Assembly: GCA_038128265.1 (NCBI GenBank)
Contig: JAYPJE010000010.1
Span: forward strand, 1-28,838
Source of the DNA: Gemmatimonadota bacterium
GTDB taxonomy: Bacteria > Latescibacterota > UBA2968 > UBA8231
Direction of reading: 5' to 3'
Length of the DNA stretch: 28,838 bases
Of this stretch, positions 16,904 through 25,252 are shown in pieces. Every line of letters begins with the position of its first letter. Within the stretch, counting starts at the first letter, position 1. Below the pieces are notes generated by a model. The model was given only the letters and a program-made list of their open reading frames with translations, was not told the DNA's origin and did not search any database. A program made the position numbers and the translations under genes.

Positions 16904-18153
16904 AGCTTTTCGACCTTCTGACGGAGAAACGCCTTCCATTTGGCGTCGTCGAGCGCATCGGCAATGGTAAAAATATCCTTGTCGCCGCGCCCCGATAGGT
17001 TAATTAGCACAATTTCTTCCGGGCCCATAGACGCGGCGGCGCGCAGCCCGCCGGCCAGCCCGTGGCAGCTTTCCAGCGCGCCAATAATGCCCTCCGTGCG
17101 CATCAGCATTTTGAGTGCATCGATCACTTCCACATCGGTCGCCGACTCGGCCTGCATCCGCCCAGACTCGTGCCAGTGGGCCAAGATCGGACTGACGCCG
17201 ATGTAGTCTAAGCCGGCCGAAACGGAATGGGTGTGCTGCATCTGCCCTTCGTCGTTTTGGAAAAAGTAGGTCTTATAGCCCTGCGCGACCCCAGGCACGC
17301 CGACCCCGCCAGCCAGCCGCGCAGCGTGCTGACCGCTGCTCAGCCCCAGCCCTCCGGCCTCCACCCCAACCAATTCGACATCGGTATCGTCGAGAAAACC
17401 GAGAAAGAGACCGGTCGCATTCGACCCCCCACCGACACAGGCATAGACCTTGTCGGGCAACCGGCCCGGACAGGCCATCATTTGCTCGCGACATTCGAGG
17501 CCAATAATGCGCTGAAAATAGGCGACAATTTGCGGAAAGGGATGGGGGCCGCAGGCCGTGCCCAGCGCGTAGTGGGTGTCTTCCATGGAGTAAGCCCAAT
17601 CGCGCAGACACTCGTTGATGGCATCTTTGAGAGTAGCCGAGCCGTCCTCAACGGCCACCACTTCGGCTCCCAGCTGCTCCATCCAGAATACGTTGGGCCG
17701 CTGGCGCTCGACGTCTATGGCCCCCATGTAGATCGTACAATCGAGACCGAAGCGCGCCGCCATCGTCGCGGTCGCCACCCCGTGCTGACCGGCCCCGGTC
17801 TCGGCAATGACGCGCCTTTTTCCCATGCGCTTGACCAGCAGGCCCTGCCCCATGACGTTGTTGGCCTTGTGCGCACCCGTCTGGTTGAGATCTTCGCGCT
17901 TGATATAGATCTGCGCACCGCCAATTTCGCGGCTGAGATTTTCCAGAAAGGTTATCGGCGTGGGGCGACACGAGTAGGACTGCATGACCTGCACGAACTC
18001 GTTCCAGAACGAATTATCCGCGCGTGCAGCGTCAAATACTTCGATTAGTTCGTCGAGCGTGGAGCGAAGGATTTCGGGCACAAAGGCGCCGCCAAAGGCC
18101 CCGTAATACCCAGGTCGCGGCGGATTAAATACGGCTTCGGTCAGCGCACCCAT
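16900..18153 (-). CDS. trpB: Tryptophan synthase beta chain
   Basis: KREDLNQTGAHK (PLP lysine), IAETGAGQHG, CVGGGSN, SAGLDY and NLSGRGDKD. ATG 18153 overlaps the upstream TGA (TGATG). Confidence 0.97.
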   Translation of the reverse strand: MGALTEAVFNPPRPGYYGAFGGAFVPEILRSTLDELIEVFDAARADNSFWNEFVQVMQSYSCRPTPITFLENLSREIGGAQIYIKREDLNQTGAHKANNVMGQGLLVKRMGKRRVIAETGAGQHGVATATMAARFGLDCTIYMGAIDVERQRPNVFWMEQLGAEVVAVEDGSATLKDAINECLRDWAYSMEDTHYALGTACGPHPFPQIVAYFQRIIGLECREQMMACPGRLPDKVYACVGGGSNATGLFLGFLDDTDVELVGVEAGGLGLSSGQHAARLAGGVGVPGVAQGYKTYFFQNDEGQMQHTHSVSAGLDYIGVSPILAHWHESGRMQAESATDVEVIDALKMLMRTEGIIGALESCHGLAGGLRAAASMGPEEIVLINLSGRGDKDIFTIADALDDAKWKAFLRQKVEKL

Positions 18154-19604
18154 CAATCGACTAATTTGGCGCGACGAAGGGCATCGGTCAGTGCGTTACC
18201 CGTGGGCTCCTCGCTCTGCTCTTTTTTCATGCGCTCTTGGAAATCGCGCAGGTTAGCCGCCGACTCCATGGATTCAACCTGGCGAATCGACAGGCGCAGG
18301 CGATGCCGACGCGCATCGGCTTCGAGCACCACGACGCGCACTTCTTCGCCCATCGACAGCACATCGCGCGGATGCCCAATGCGGCGATCGGCCACTTCGG
18401 AAACGTGCACCATCCCGCGCACGCCCTCGGCCAGCTCGACAAAGGCGCCGTAGTCTTCTAAACTGTCCACTTTGCCAGTGGCGACGGTGCCGGAGGGAAA
18501 GTTCTTGCGGATATCATCCCAGGGATCTTTCTCCAGCGCCTTGATCGACAGCGAAATGCGCTCTTTACGGCGATTGCCCAGCCCCTTGGTACCCAGCACT
18601 ACAACTTCGATCTGCTGCCCCTCTATGAGCGCGTCGCTCGGCTTATCGACGCGCTGATGGCTGATCTCTGAGACGTGAACCAGCCCCTCAACACCCGCCC
18701 CGAGGTCGACAAAGGCACCAAAATCCTGCAGCCGCGTTACCGTGCCCTGCAGGCGAGCGCCCTTATCGAGCTTACCGCGAACGGCTTCGGCTTCCTTGTT
18801 CTGCTCGGCCTCCAGCAGCGCGCGCCGCGAAACGACGATATCGCGTCCCTGGTGGCGAAATTCGATGATCTTGAAGCTATACGTTTTGCCCCGATATTCT
18901 TCGGCGCTCTCGACAAAGGTCGTGTCGACCTGAGAAATGGGGCAAAAGCCGCGCACGCCGCCCTGGAAAATGACGCCCATACCCCACTTATTGACCGCAT
19001 CGACCTGCCCCTCTACCGGCATGCCAGCTTTATAGGCCTGGTAGAGCGCATCGGCGTTGCCGTCGGTGCGACTTACGCTGCGCGACAGCACCACCTCATC
19101 GCCAACGCTGGCGGCGTACGCCTCGACTGGATCGCCCACCTTGAAGAGGAGCTGGCCGTCTCCATCCATCAGATCGCTCGTGCGGATCAGCGCCTCTCCG
19201 CGACCACCGTAGTCGACAAAGGCATTGTCGCCGTCAATCTTGGCCAGGACGCCTTTTACCGCATCGCCCACTTTCAATTCGCCTTTGGCCTCGCTCTCGC
19301 TCTCGGCTAATAGCTTTGCAAACTCGCCGCTTGCCTCGGATTCACCTTCGGTAGCACCCGCCTCTGCGGCGGGCTCGGCCGAGCCATCAGCGGCTTCTGC
19401 ATCCGCCGGCTCGGCGGCGGGTTGGGCGGCAGCCTCACTGGTTTCAGCTGCTGACTCAACAACCGCTTCGGTTTCCGGATTCTCCTCCTCAACGGCAGGC
19501 TCAGCCTCCCCGGCGGCTGGATCAACTCCAACCTGCGGCTCAACTGCTGCTTTGTTAGCCTCCTCCTGAACTTCCTCGCCTTGGGCTTGAGGATCGTCTG
19601 CCAT
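18153..19604 (-). CDS. Ribosomal protein S1-like protein with four S1 domains and an acidic low-complexity N-terminus
   Basis: S1 repeats including DFGAFVDLGAGVEGLVHVSEIS and DYGAFVELAEGVRGMVHVSEV. ATG 19604 follows an AAGGAG RBS. It may be a paralog rather than the main rpsA. Confidence 0.88.
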   Translation of the reverse strand: MADDPQAQGEEVQEEANKAAVEPQVGVDPAAGEAEPAVEEENPETEAVVESAAETSEAAAQPAAEPADAEAADGSAEPAAEAGATEGESEASGEFAKLLAESESEAKGELKVGDAVKGVLAKIDGDNAFVDYGGRGEALIRTSDLMDGDGQLLFKVGDPVEAYAASVGDEVVLSRSVSRTDGNADALYQAYKAGMPVEGQVDAVNKWGMGVIFQGGVRGFCPISQVDTTFVESAEEYRGKTYSFKIIEFRHQGRDIVVSRRALLEAEQNKEAEAVRGKLDKGARLQGTVTRLQDFGAFVDLGAGVEGLVHVSEISHQRVDKPSDALIEGQQIEVVVLGTKGLGNRRKERISLSIKALEKDPWDDIRKNFPSGTVATGKVDSLEDYGAFVELAEGVRGMVHVSEVADRRIGHPRDVLSMGEEVRVVVLEADARRHRLRLSIRQVESMESAANLRDFQERMKKEQSEEPTGNALTDALRRAKLVD

Positions 19605-19675
19605 TACACACTCCTTTGCACTCCGCGCAATCGAATGATTCAAAGCGCGCTTCTCGTGTAGATAGTTTTCTGTTT

Positions 19676-20644
19676 TTAGGGTAAGAGTAGCACCTTACCC
19701 GTGGTCTTGCGCCCCTGAATAGCGCGGTGCGCATCGGCCGCTTCGGCCAGGGGAAAGCGATGGCCAATGCGCAAATCGAGTTTGCCCGCAGCCATCCAGT
19801 TGAATACGTCGCCGGCGCGGGCCAGTAGCGCTTCGCGCGTCTGCGTGTAGTGAGCCGAGGTCGGGCGCGTGAGAAAGAGCGAGCCCTTGGTATTCAAAAT
19901 GCCCGGATCGAACGGCGGTACGGGGCCGCTCGACTGGCCAAAAAGCACCATATAGCCGAGGGGGCGCAGCACATCCAAGCCGCGGTCGAAGGTCGTCTTG
20001 CCGACGGAGTCGTAGACTACGTCGACGCCCGCGCCATCGGTGAGACGCATGACCTCATCGGCAAAGTCTACTTCGGTGTAGCGGATGACTTCATCGGCAC
20101 CGGCGCCGCGAGCCAGCGACTCCTTATCGGCCGTGGACACGGTGGTCAGCACCCGTGCCCCGCACATCTTAGCCATTTGGATAAGCAGCAGACCGACGCC
20201 GCCTGCACCTGCGTGAATAAGCGCCGTGTCCGTTTCCTTGAGCGGGTAGGACCCGTAGGCCAAGTAGTGCGCCGTAATCCCCTGGATCATCGCGGCAGCA
20301 CCAACTTCGCTTGTGACGCCCGTCGGCAGCGGCACCACGCGCTCGGCCGGCACTGCGGCCACTTCGGCATAGGAGCCCATTGGACCGGCATAGGCAACGC
20401 GGTCGCCTAGGGCAACTTCGCTCACGCCGTCGCCCAGCCCAATAATTTCTCCTGCGCCCTCGACCCCCGGGATACAGGGCAGCGCAACTGGGTAGAGTCC
20501 TTCCCTGTGATACGTATCGATGTAATTTAGCCCGACGGCTTCCAGGCGGATCAGCACCTGACCGGGACCAGCCTGTGGATCGTCAACCTCTTCCCAGCCG
20601 AGCACTTCGGGCCCGCCGTTGGCATGAAAGCGTATCGCCTTCAT
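19676..20644 (-). CDS. qor: NADPH:quinone oxidoreductase (zeta-crystallin-like MDR family)
   Basis: GLNYIDTYHREG, HAGAGGVG, VVYDSVGK, KGSLFLTRP and RKTTGKVLL. GGAGG RBS. Confidence 0.93.
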   Translation of the reverse strand: MKAIRFHANGGPEVLGWEEVDDPQAGPGQVLIRLEAVGLNYIDTYHREGLYPVALPCIPGVEGAGEIIGLGDGVSEVALGDRVAYAGPMGSYAEVAAVPAERVVPLPTGVTSEVGAAAMIQGITAHYLAYGSYPLKETDTALIHAGAGGVGLLLIQMAKMCGARVLTTVSTADKESLARGAGADEVIRYTEVDFADEVMRLTDGAGVDVVYDSVGKTTFDRGLDVLRPLGYMVLFGQSSGPVPPFDPGILNTKGSLFLTRPTSAHYTQTREALLARAGDVFNWMAAGKLDLRIGHRFPLAEAADAHRAIQGRKTTGKVLLLP

Positions 20645-20671
20645 AACACCTCCGTAAATTTCCAGAAAAAC

Positions 20672-20686
20672 TTTTAATCATTAAAA
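20672..20686. promoter_or_regulatory. Perfect 7-1-7 palindrome upstream of qor, PerR/Fur-box-like
   Basis: TTTTAAT-C-ATTAAAA, 27 bp upstream of the qor ATG, next to a candidate minus-strand promoter TTGTCT-17-TAAGTT. Confidence 0.55.
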
Positions 20687-20724
20687 CTTAGGCATTGTAA
20701 CGAACAAAGACAAATGGCACATAG

Positions 20725-20757
20725 AAAAAGGGGCCGGCACCCGTCCCGACCCCTTTT
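20725..20757 (-). terminator. Intrinsic terminator after the Rieske-domain gene
   Basis: Minus strand reads GGGGTCGG-GACGGGTG-CCGGCCCC-TTTTT. Confidence 0.75.
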
Positions 20758-20776
20758 CCATACCCGCTTCAGGTTG

Positions 20777-22510
20777 CTATTCGGCTTCGTAAACTGGTTC
20801 CCCGCGGTGCAGACGCAGGGCAATGCGCAGCGTTTGTAGGAGTTGGCGCTGAGTCGGTGCATGCGCAGCTAAATAGCGTGCGGCGGCTACGGCAACAAGG
20901 CGTTTTTGCTCGTCGCTGCGCTCCTCGTCAAACTGGCGCAGCGCAGCCTCCAGCATCTGAAAACTGTGAAATTCACCATCTTCGCGCAGCAGCGATTCGG
21001 CCAGCGTTGCAAACAGATCGCGGGGAGCTCCACCGCCAGCCAGAAAGGCATACACGCGCCGACCGGCTTCGTCGACCTGCTGCTGGTTGTTGAGGAGTGC
21101 CAAATACTCGCGGTGGAAATCATCCGCGTGGACAGCGCCATCGGCTTTGGGAAGACGCGCGGGAGGAATATTGAGAAAGCGGTCCAAATAGACGCGCACC
21201 GCGCCGTGAAATACGCCGCGCACCGCTTCGCCAGCCGGAGCTCTCTTTAACAGCTGGTGCAGCGCGTTGCTATACGTAAAGGTGTGCAGCACACCAATCC
21301 AATCGGCGAATTCATTTTGCACGTGAAAGCGCGCGACGCGCAGCGCCGCTGCGTAGGCGACGACCTGGGCCAGCTGCACGGGTTGAGCCCCTTCGCGCAG
21401 CGCCTGCCGTAGCGCCTCAATACTCGCGTATGGATCATCCGCTAGCAGCAACTCGTGCAGCGAATCCGTTGGTTCCCAAGCCTTGTCCTGTCCCGCGGCC
21501 AGCAGGTCGGGGATCTCGTCGAACACGCCGTTTAGTAGATCGACCAAATCGAGTGGGTTGCGCCAAGCATTCTGCTCTTCGCTGCGCTGAGCCTGGCAGA
21601 GTTGACGCACTAGCGAGGGCAGCACCCGATCGGCTTGATCCCACCCTATGCGGTCCAGCATTTCAAATGCCTTGTTTATAAAGTCTACGGTGTGCCCACC
21701 GTCCAGGTAGAAGTGGTCCGTAGCCGCCACCAGCATCATATCGGCCAATTCAGCGGGGGCAGCGCCACTCGCTATAGCCGTTAGCAAACAGCGCTCTGCT
21801 CCGTCGACGCTGCGCACATCGACCAAATCGCGAAACCACGCTTTTAGACTGGCCAATTCAACGGCCCCGTCTCCCAGTGGCTGCAGGTCAAATTTGGGCG
21901 GCTGGCCGGCGCTGTCGTTTGCTACGTGAATCAGCCCCTGATAGAGCGGGGCAATGCGTTGGTCCGGATCGAGGTGATCGCACACATTGGCCATGGCGGT
22001 GAGGATGGTCAGCCCGGGGCCCCATCCCGTGCGCCGATGTCGAACGCCAAATAATCCTCCCTGACGGACAATATCGTCGTGGTGCACTCCGGCGTTAACT
22101 AGGTTGACCACGGCCTTGGCGACGACGAGGCGAATATTCTGCTGCATGCCTTCCAGCAGGCGCTTACGACCAACCTCTGCAGGATCAGCCGCCGCTTTCT
22201 GTGCCTGTATATACACCTGACCATCGCGCACTTCGACGGGGTACGAAGCAACGTCATCGGCGAATAGGTCAAACGTGCACCCACTGCTGGCATCGAAGCG
22301 CGCGTGGTGCCAGTGGCAGGTCAACACGCCGTTGCTGACCGTGCCGCGGTGCAGGGGAAAACCCATGTGTGGGCAGCGGTTGTCGACGGCAAAGAGCTTG
22401 CCCTCTTCAAAGAATACGGCGATGGGCACGGGGCCCTCGGCTACCAGACAGCCTTTGTCCTGTAGCTCGCTCAGCGAGCAGGCATGCAGTTCGCCCTGTC
22501 TATCGCTCAT
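20777..22510 (-). CDS. Rieske [2Fe-2S] domain protein with a long helical C-terminal region, function unknown
   Basis: NRCPHMGFPL...TCHWHHARF supplies the CxH...CxxH ligands. AAGGAGG RBS. Confidence 0.88.
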   Translation of the reverse strand: MSDRQGELHACSLSELQDKGCLVAEGPVPIAVFFEEGKLFAVDNRCPHMGFPLHRGTVSNGVLTCHWHHARFDASSGCTFDLFADDVASYPVEVRDGQVYIQAQKAAADPAEVGRKRLLEGMQQNIRLVVAKAVVNLVNAGVHHDDIVRQGGLFGVRHRRTGWGPGLTILTAMANVCDHLDPDQRIAPLYQGLIHVANDSAGQPPKFDLQPLGDGAVELASLKAWFRDLVDVRSVDGAERCLLTAIASGAAPAELADMMLVAATDHFYLDGGHTVDFINKAFEMLDRIGWDQADRVLPSLVRQLCQAQRSEEQNAWRNPLDLVDLLNGVFDEIPDLLAAGQDKAWEPTDSLHELLLADDPYASIEALRQALREGAQPVQLAQVVAYAAALRVARFHVQNEFADWIGVLHTFTYSNALHQLLKRAPAGEAVRGVFHGAVRVYLDRFLNIPPARLPKADGAVHADDFHREYLALLNNQQQVDEAGRRVYAFLAGGGAPRDLFATLAESLLREDGEFHSFQMLEAALRQFDEERSDEQKRLVAVAAARYLAAHAPTQRQLLQTLRIALRLHRGEPVYEAE

Positions 22511-22734
22511 AATGCCCTCCTTTAGCTGGTAGCGCTAATGTAGCCATCGCCGCAGCCCATACCAACTGCATCCCAACGAGCAGTTGCGCTCCGCCTAGCG
22601 ACCTATCACGGCGCATTAGCTCTGACCATAGCGTTTAACCCAACTCGGCCTCTGCCCTACCCTCTTGGCCAAATGGCTATCTATCCGTTTTTTATTTCTT
22701 CAGACTGCGCCGCATTTACAAGGAGTGCACCGGC

Positions 22735-24093
22735 ATGAAAGTAGCAAAATTCGGCGGAACCTCGCTGGCATCAGCCGATCAAATAAAAAAAATTTGTGCC
22801 ATTATCACCGCTGACCCACAGCGCAAACTGGTCGTTGTTTCGGCACCTGGAAAGCGCGACTCGGGCGATACCAAGGTCACGGACTTACTCATCGAGGCAG
22901 CCCGCGCCCGCCTTACAGGCCAAGACGGCGAGGTGGAAATACAGCGCGTAATCGACCGCTATCGCGATATTGCAAACGACCTAGGCTTACCGCCGGCCTC
23001 GCTGCGGCCCATAGAGGACGACCTGCGCGACCGACTCGGCATGGACGTGGGCAACGAAGGGCTTTATATGGATTCGATGAAGGCGGGTGGCGAAGACAAT
23101 AGTGCGCGGCTAGTCGCCGAATATCTTCGCAGCACGGGCGTCGAAGCCCACTATATCAACCCCGGCGAAGGCGGCATGATTCTATCCGACGAACCCGGTA
23201 ATGCCCGCGTATTGAAGCAGTCCTACGGCAAACTACGCGCACTGCGCGACCGGCCGGGCACCACCGTTTTCCCCGGCTTTTTCGGCTATTCCGAAAGTGG
23301 CCGCGTCGTCACATTTCCACGCGGCGGCTCCGATATCACCGGGGCCATTCTCGCCGCGGCCGTCGACGCCGATATGTATGAGAACTTTACCGACGTCGAC
23401 TCGGTATTTGTTGCCAACCCCACCCTAGTCGACCGCCCCGTAGCCGTGGAGGAAATAACCTACCGCGAAATGCGCGAACTGGCGTACGCCGGCTTCTCCG
23501 TTTTCCACGACGAGGCGCTCGAACCGGTTTTCCACGCCGGCATCCCCGTCGTCGTAAAAAACACCAACAACCCCCAGGCACCCGGCACGCGCATTGTGCC
23601 CTCGCGACCCATCGGTCAGTTTCCCGTCGTCGGCATCGCCGCAACGGACGGGTTTTGCAGCGTGTATATCAGCAAGTATTTGATGAACCGCGAAGTGGGC
23701 TTTGGCCGGCGGATGCTACAGATATTCGAGGACGAGGGCATTTCATACGAACACACGCCGTCCGGCATTGACAATATGTCGGTGATCGTGCGCGAATCTA
23801 CGTTTAACCGCGCGGCCGAAGAACGCGTCCTGCGGCGCCTGCGCACCGAATTGGTCGCCGACGAAGTCAGCGTTGCGCGCGGTCTGGCCTTGGTGATGAT
23901 CGTCGGCGAAGGCATGAACCACACCATCGGCCTAGCCGCGCGGGCCTGCACGGCATTTGCCACAGCCGAGGTCAATCTCGAAATGATCAATCAGGGATCG
24001 AGCGAGGTGAGCATGATGTTTGGCATTAAGGCAGACGACATACCGCAGGCTGTGCGCGCGCTATACGACCAATTTTTTGGCGCAGCTCCATAG
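22735..24093 (+). CDS. lysC: Monofunctional aspartate kinase with two ACT domains (YclM/AKIII-like)
   Basis: MKVAKFGGTS, VVVSAPGKR, RGGSDITG, ENFTDVD, KYLMNREVGFG and INQGSSEVSMMFG. AAGGAG RBS. Confidence 0.93.
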   Translation: MKVAKFGGTSLASADQIKKICAIITADPQRKLVVVSAPGKRDSGDTKVTDLLIEAARARLTGQDGEVEIQRVIDRYRDIANDLGLPPASLRPIEDDLRDRLGMDVGNEGLYMDSMKAGGEDNSARLVAEYLRSTGVEAHYINPGEGGMILSDEPGNARVLKQSYGKLRALRDRPGTTVFPGFFGYSESGRVVTFPRGGSDITGAILAAAVDADMYENFTDVDSVFVANPTLVDRPVAVEEITYREMRELAYAGFSVFHDEALEPVFHAGIPVVVKNTNNPQAPGTRIVPSRPIGQFPVVGIAATDGFCSVYISKYLMNREVGFGRRMLQIFEDEGISYEHTPSGIDNMSVIVRESTFNRAAEERVLRRLRTELVADEVSVARGLALVMIVGEGMNHTIGLAARACTAFATAEVNLEMINQGSSEVSMMFGIKADDIPQAVRALYDQFFGAAP

Positions 24094-24118
24094 GGAGCAG
24101 ATCTTTAAACTAGCGCCC

Positions 24119-25252
24119 TCACACGGCGATTTCTTCAAGCGCCTGCCATAGGCGCTCCACGTCGCGGCTGCCGTTGTACAGGTGGCCAGAGACGCGCACG
24201 CGTCCGTATTCCCCCCAAACCAAAACCCCGCGCGCGGCCAATTGGTGCATAACGGCGCGGGCATCGTGCGCGGCAAAGCAGGTATTGCCCGACTGCCTGC
24301 TGCGCTCGCGAGAAGATAGGACGCGCAGGCCGCGCAGAGTCAATCCGTCGGCTATCTCACCCGCCAAATCGAGCACGTGCCCTTCGATCGCTTCGATACC
24401 CAGGGCAAGCAGTTCGTCTAACGCCCGGTTTAAAAAAAGCACCGAAACCATACCGGGGTTTCCCGGCTCCAGGCGCGCGGGCATCGGCTGCTCTTCCACT
24501 TCGGGCTGGCGCTCGGCCCCCTGTTGCGGCCACACCGCTAGATTGTGCCAACCGTAGCTCGACGACTGCAGACGATCTTCTGCCCGCTCGCTCAAATAGC
24601 ACGGCGCTGCGCCGTGCGTGCCCAGCAGCCACTTGTAGGCCGACGATACACATAGGTCACACAAATCAGCGCGCACATCGACCGCGCCAGCGGCGTGCGT
24701 AGCGTCGACGGCCAGCAGCGCGTCAGTATGGCGCAGCCCCTCGGCCAACCGTTCTACGCGCAGGTTCTGCCCCGAGTAAAAGCTGACCTGACTAACGGCA
24801 AGCACGCGCGTGCGCACGTCGACCGCGGCCAGCAAATCGTCCTCTTCGACAACAAAGTTGCGATGGGGCACCATTCGCACCTCTATACCGCGCGCGCGCA
24901 GGTCGCGCCAAGCGTAGGCCACCGAGGGAAATTCAAGATCGGTTGTGACGACGTTATCGCCCGATTGCCAATCCAACCCACGCGCAAGCCATGCCATTCC
25001 CTCGGCTGCCGAGGGCATAAACGCCACGCGATCAGACGGCACGTGCCACAGCGCAGCCATCTTTTCTCTGCACCCCTCGCCGTAGGCATATATTTGCTGG
25101 CGCCCTGCATAGCCTCCGCTCTTGAGGCGTGCAAATTCCGCATAGACCTGCTCCTGCCCCACCAGCCAGGGCGCCTCGCCGCCGGTGCATAAATGGGCCA
25201 CATCCTCCAGGCCGACAAAGCGATCAGCAGGAAGTAGGGGTCTAATTGCCAT
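24119..25252 (-). CDS. Aminotransferase class V-fold PLP-dependent enzyme
   Basis: EFPSV, DATHAAG, SSAYKWLLG (PLP lysine) and RVSGHLYN. Start placed at ATG 25252, overlapping the upstream stop; the ORF-track extension to 25396 is unlikely. Confidence 0.9.
   Translation of the reverse strand: MAIRPLLPADRFVGLEDVAHLCTGGEAPWLVGQEQVYAEFARLKSGGYAGRQQIYAYGEGCREKMAALWHVPSDRVAFMPSAAEGMAWLARGLDWQSGDNVVTTDLEFPSVAYAWRDLRARGIEVRMVPHRNFVVEEDDLLAAVDVRTRVLAVSQVSFYSGQNLRVERLAEGLRHTDALLAVDATHAAGAVDVRADLCDLCVSSAYKWLLGTHGAAPCYLSERAEDRLQSSSYGWHNLAVWPQQGAERQPEVEEQPMPARLEPGNPGMVSVLFLNRALDELLALGIEAIEGHVLDLAGEIADGLTLRGLRVLSSRERSRQSGNTCFAAHDARAVMHQLAARGVLVWGEYGRVRVSGHLYNGSRDVERLWQALEEIAV

Noticed and set aside
17227..18048. 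273-aa antisense ORF over trpB
   Set aside because: A shadow ORF on the opposite strand of a conserved enzyme gene.
19605..19675. Possible trp attenuator or leader peptide upstream of S1-trpBA
   Set aside because: No Trp-codon-rich mini-ORF or terminator hairpin is visible.
22511..22734. Lysine riboswitch upstream of the aspartokinase
   Set aside because: The conserved lysine-riboswitch core (AGAGGNGC near the 5' end with a long P2/P3) is not seen on the plus strand.
24119..25252. Calling the class V PLP enzyme a cysteine desulfurase (sufS/iscS)
   Set aside because: It lacks the RxGHHCA or SSGSAC catalytic cysteine motif and has no suf/isc neighbours.
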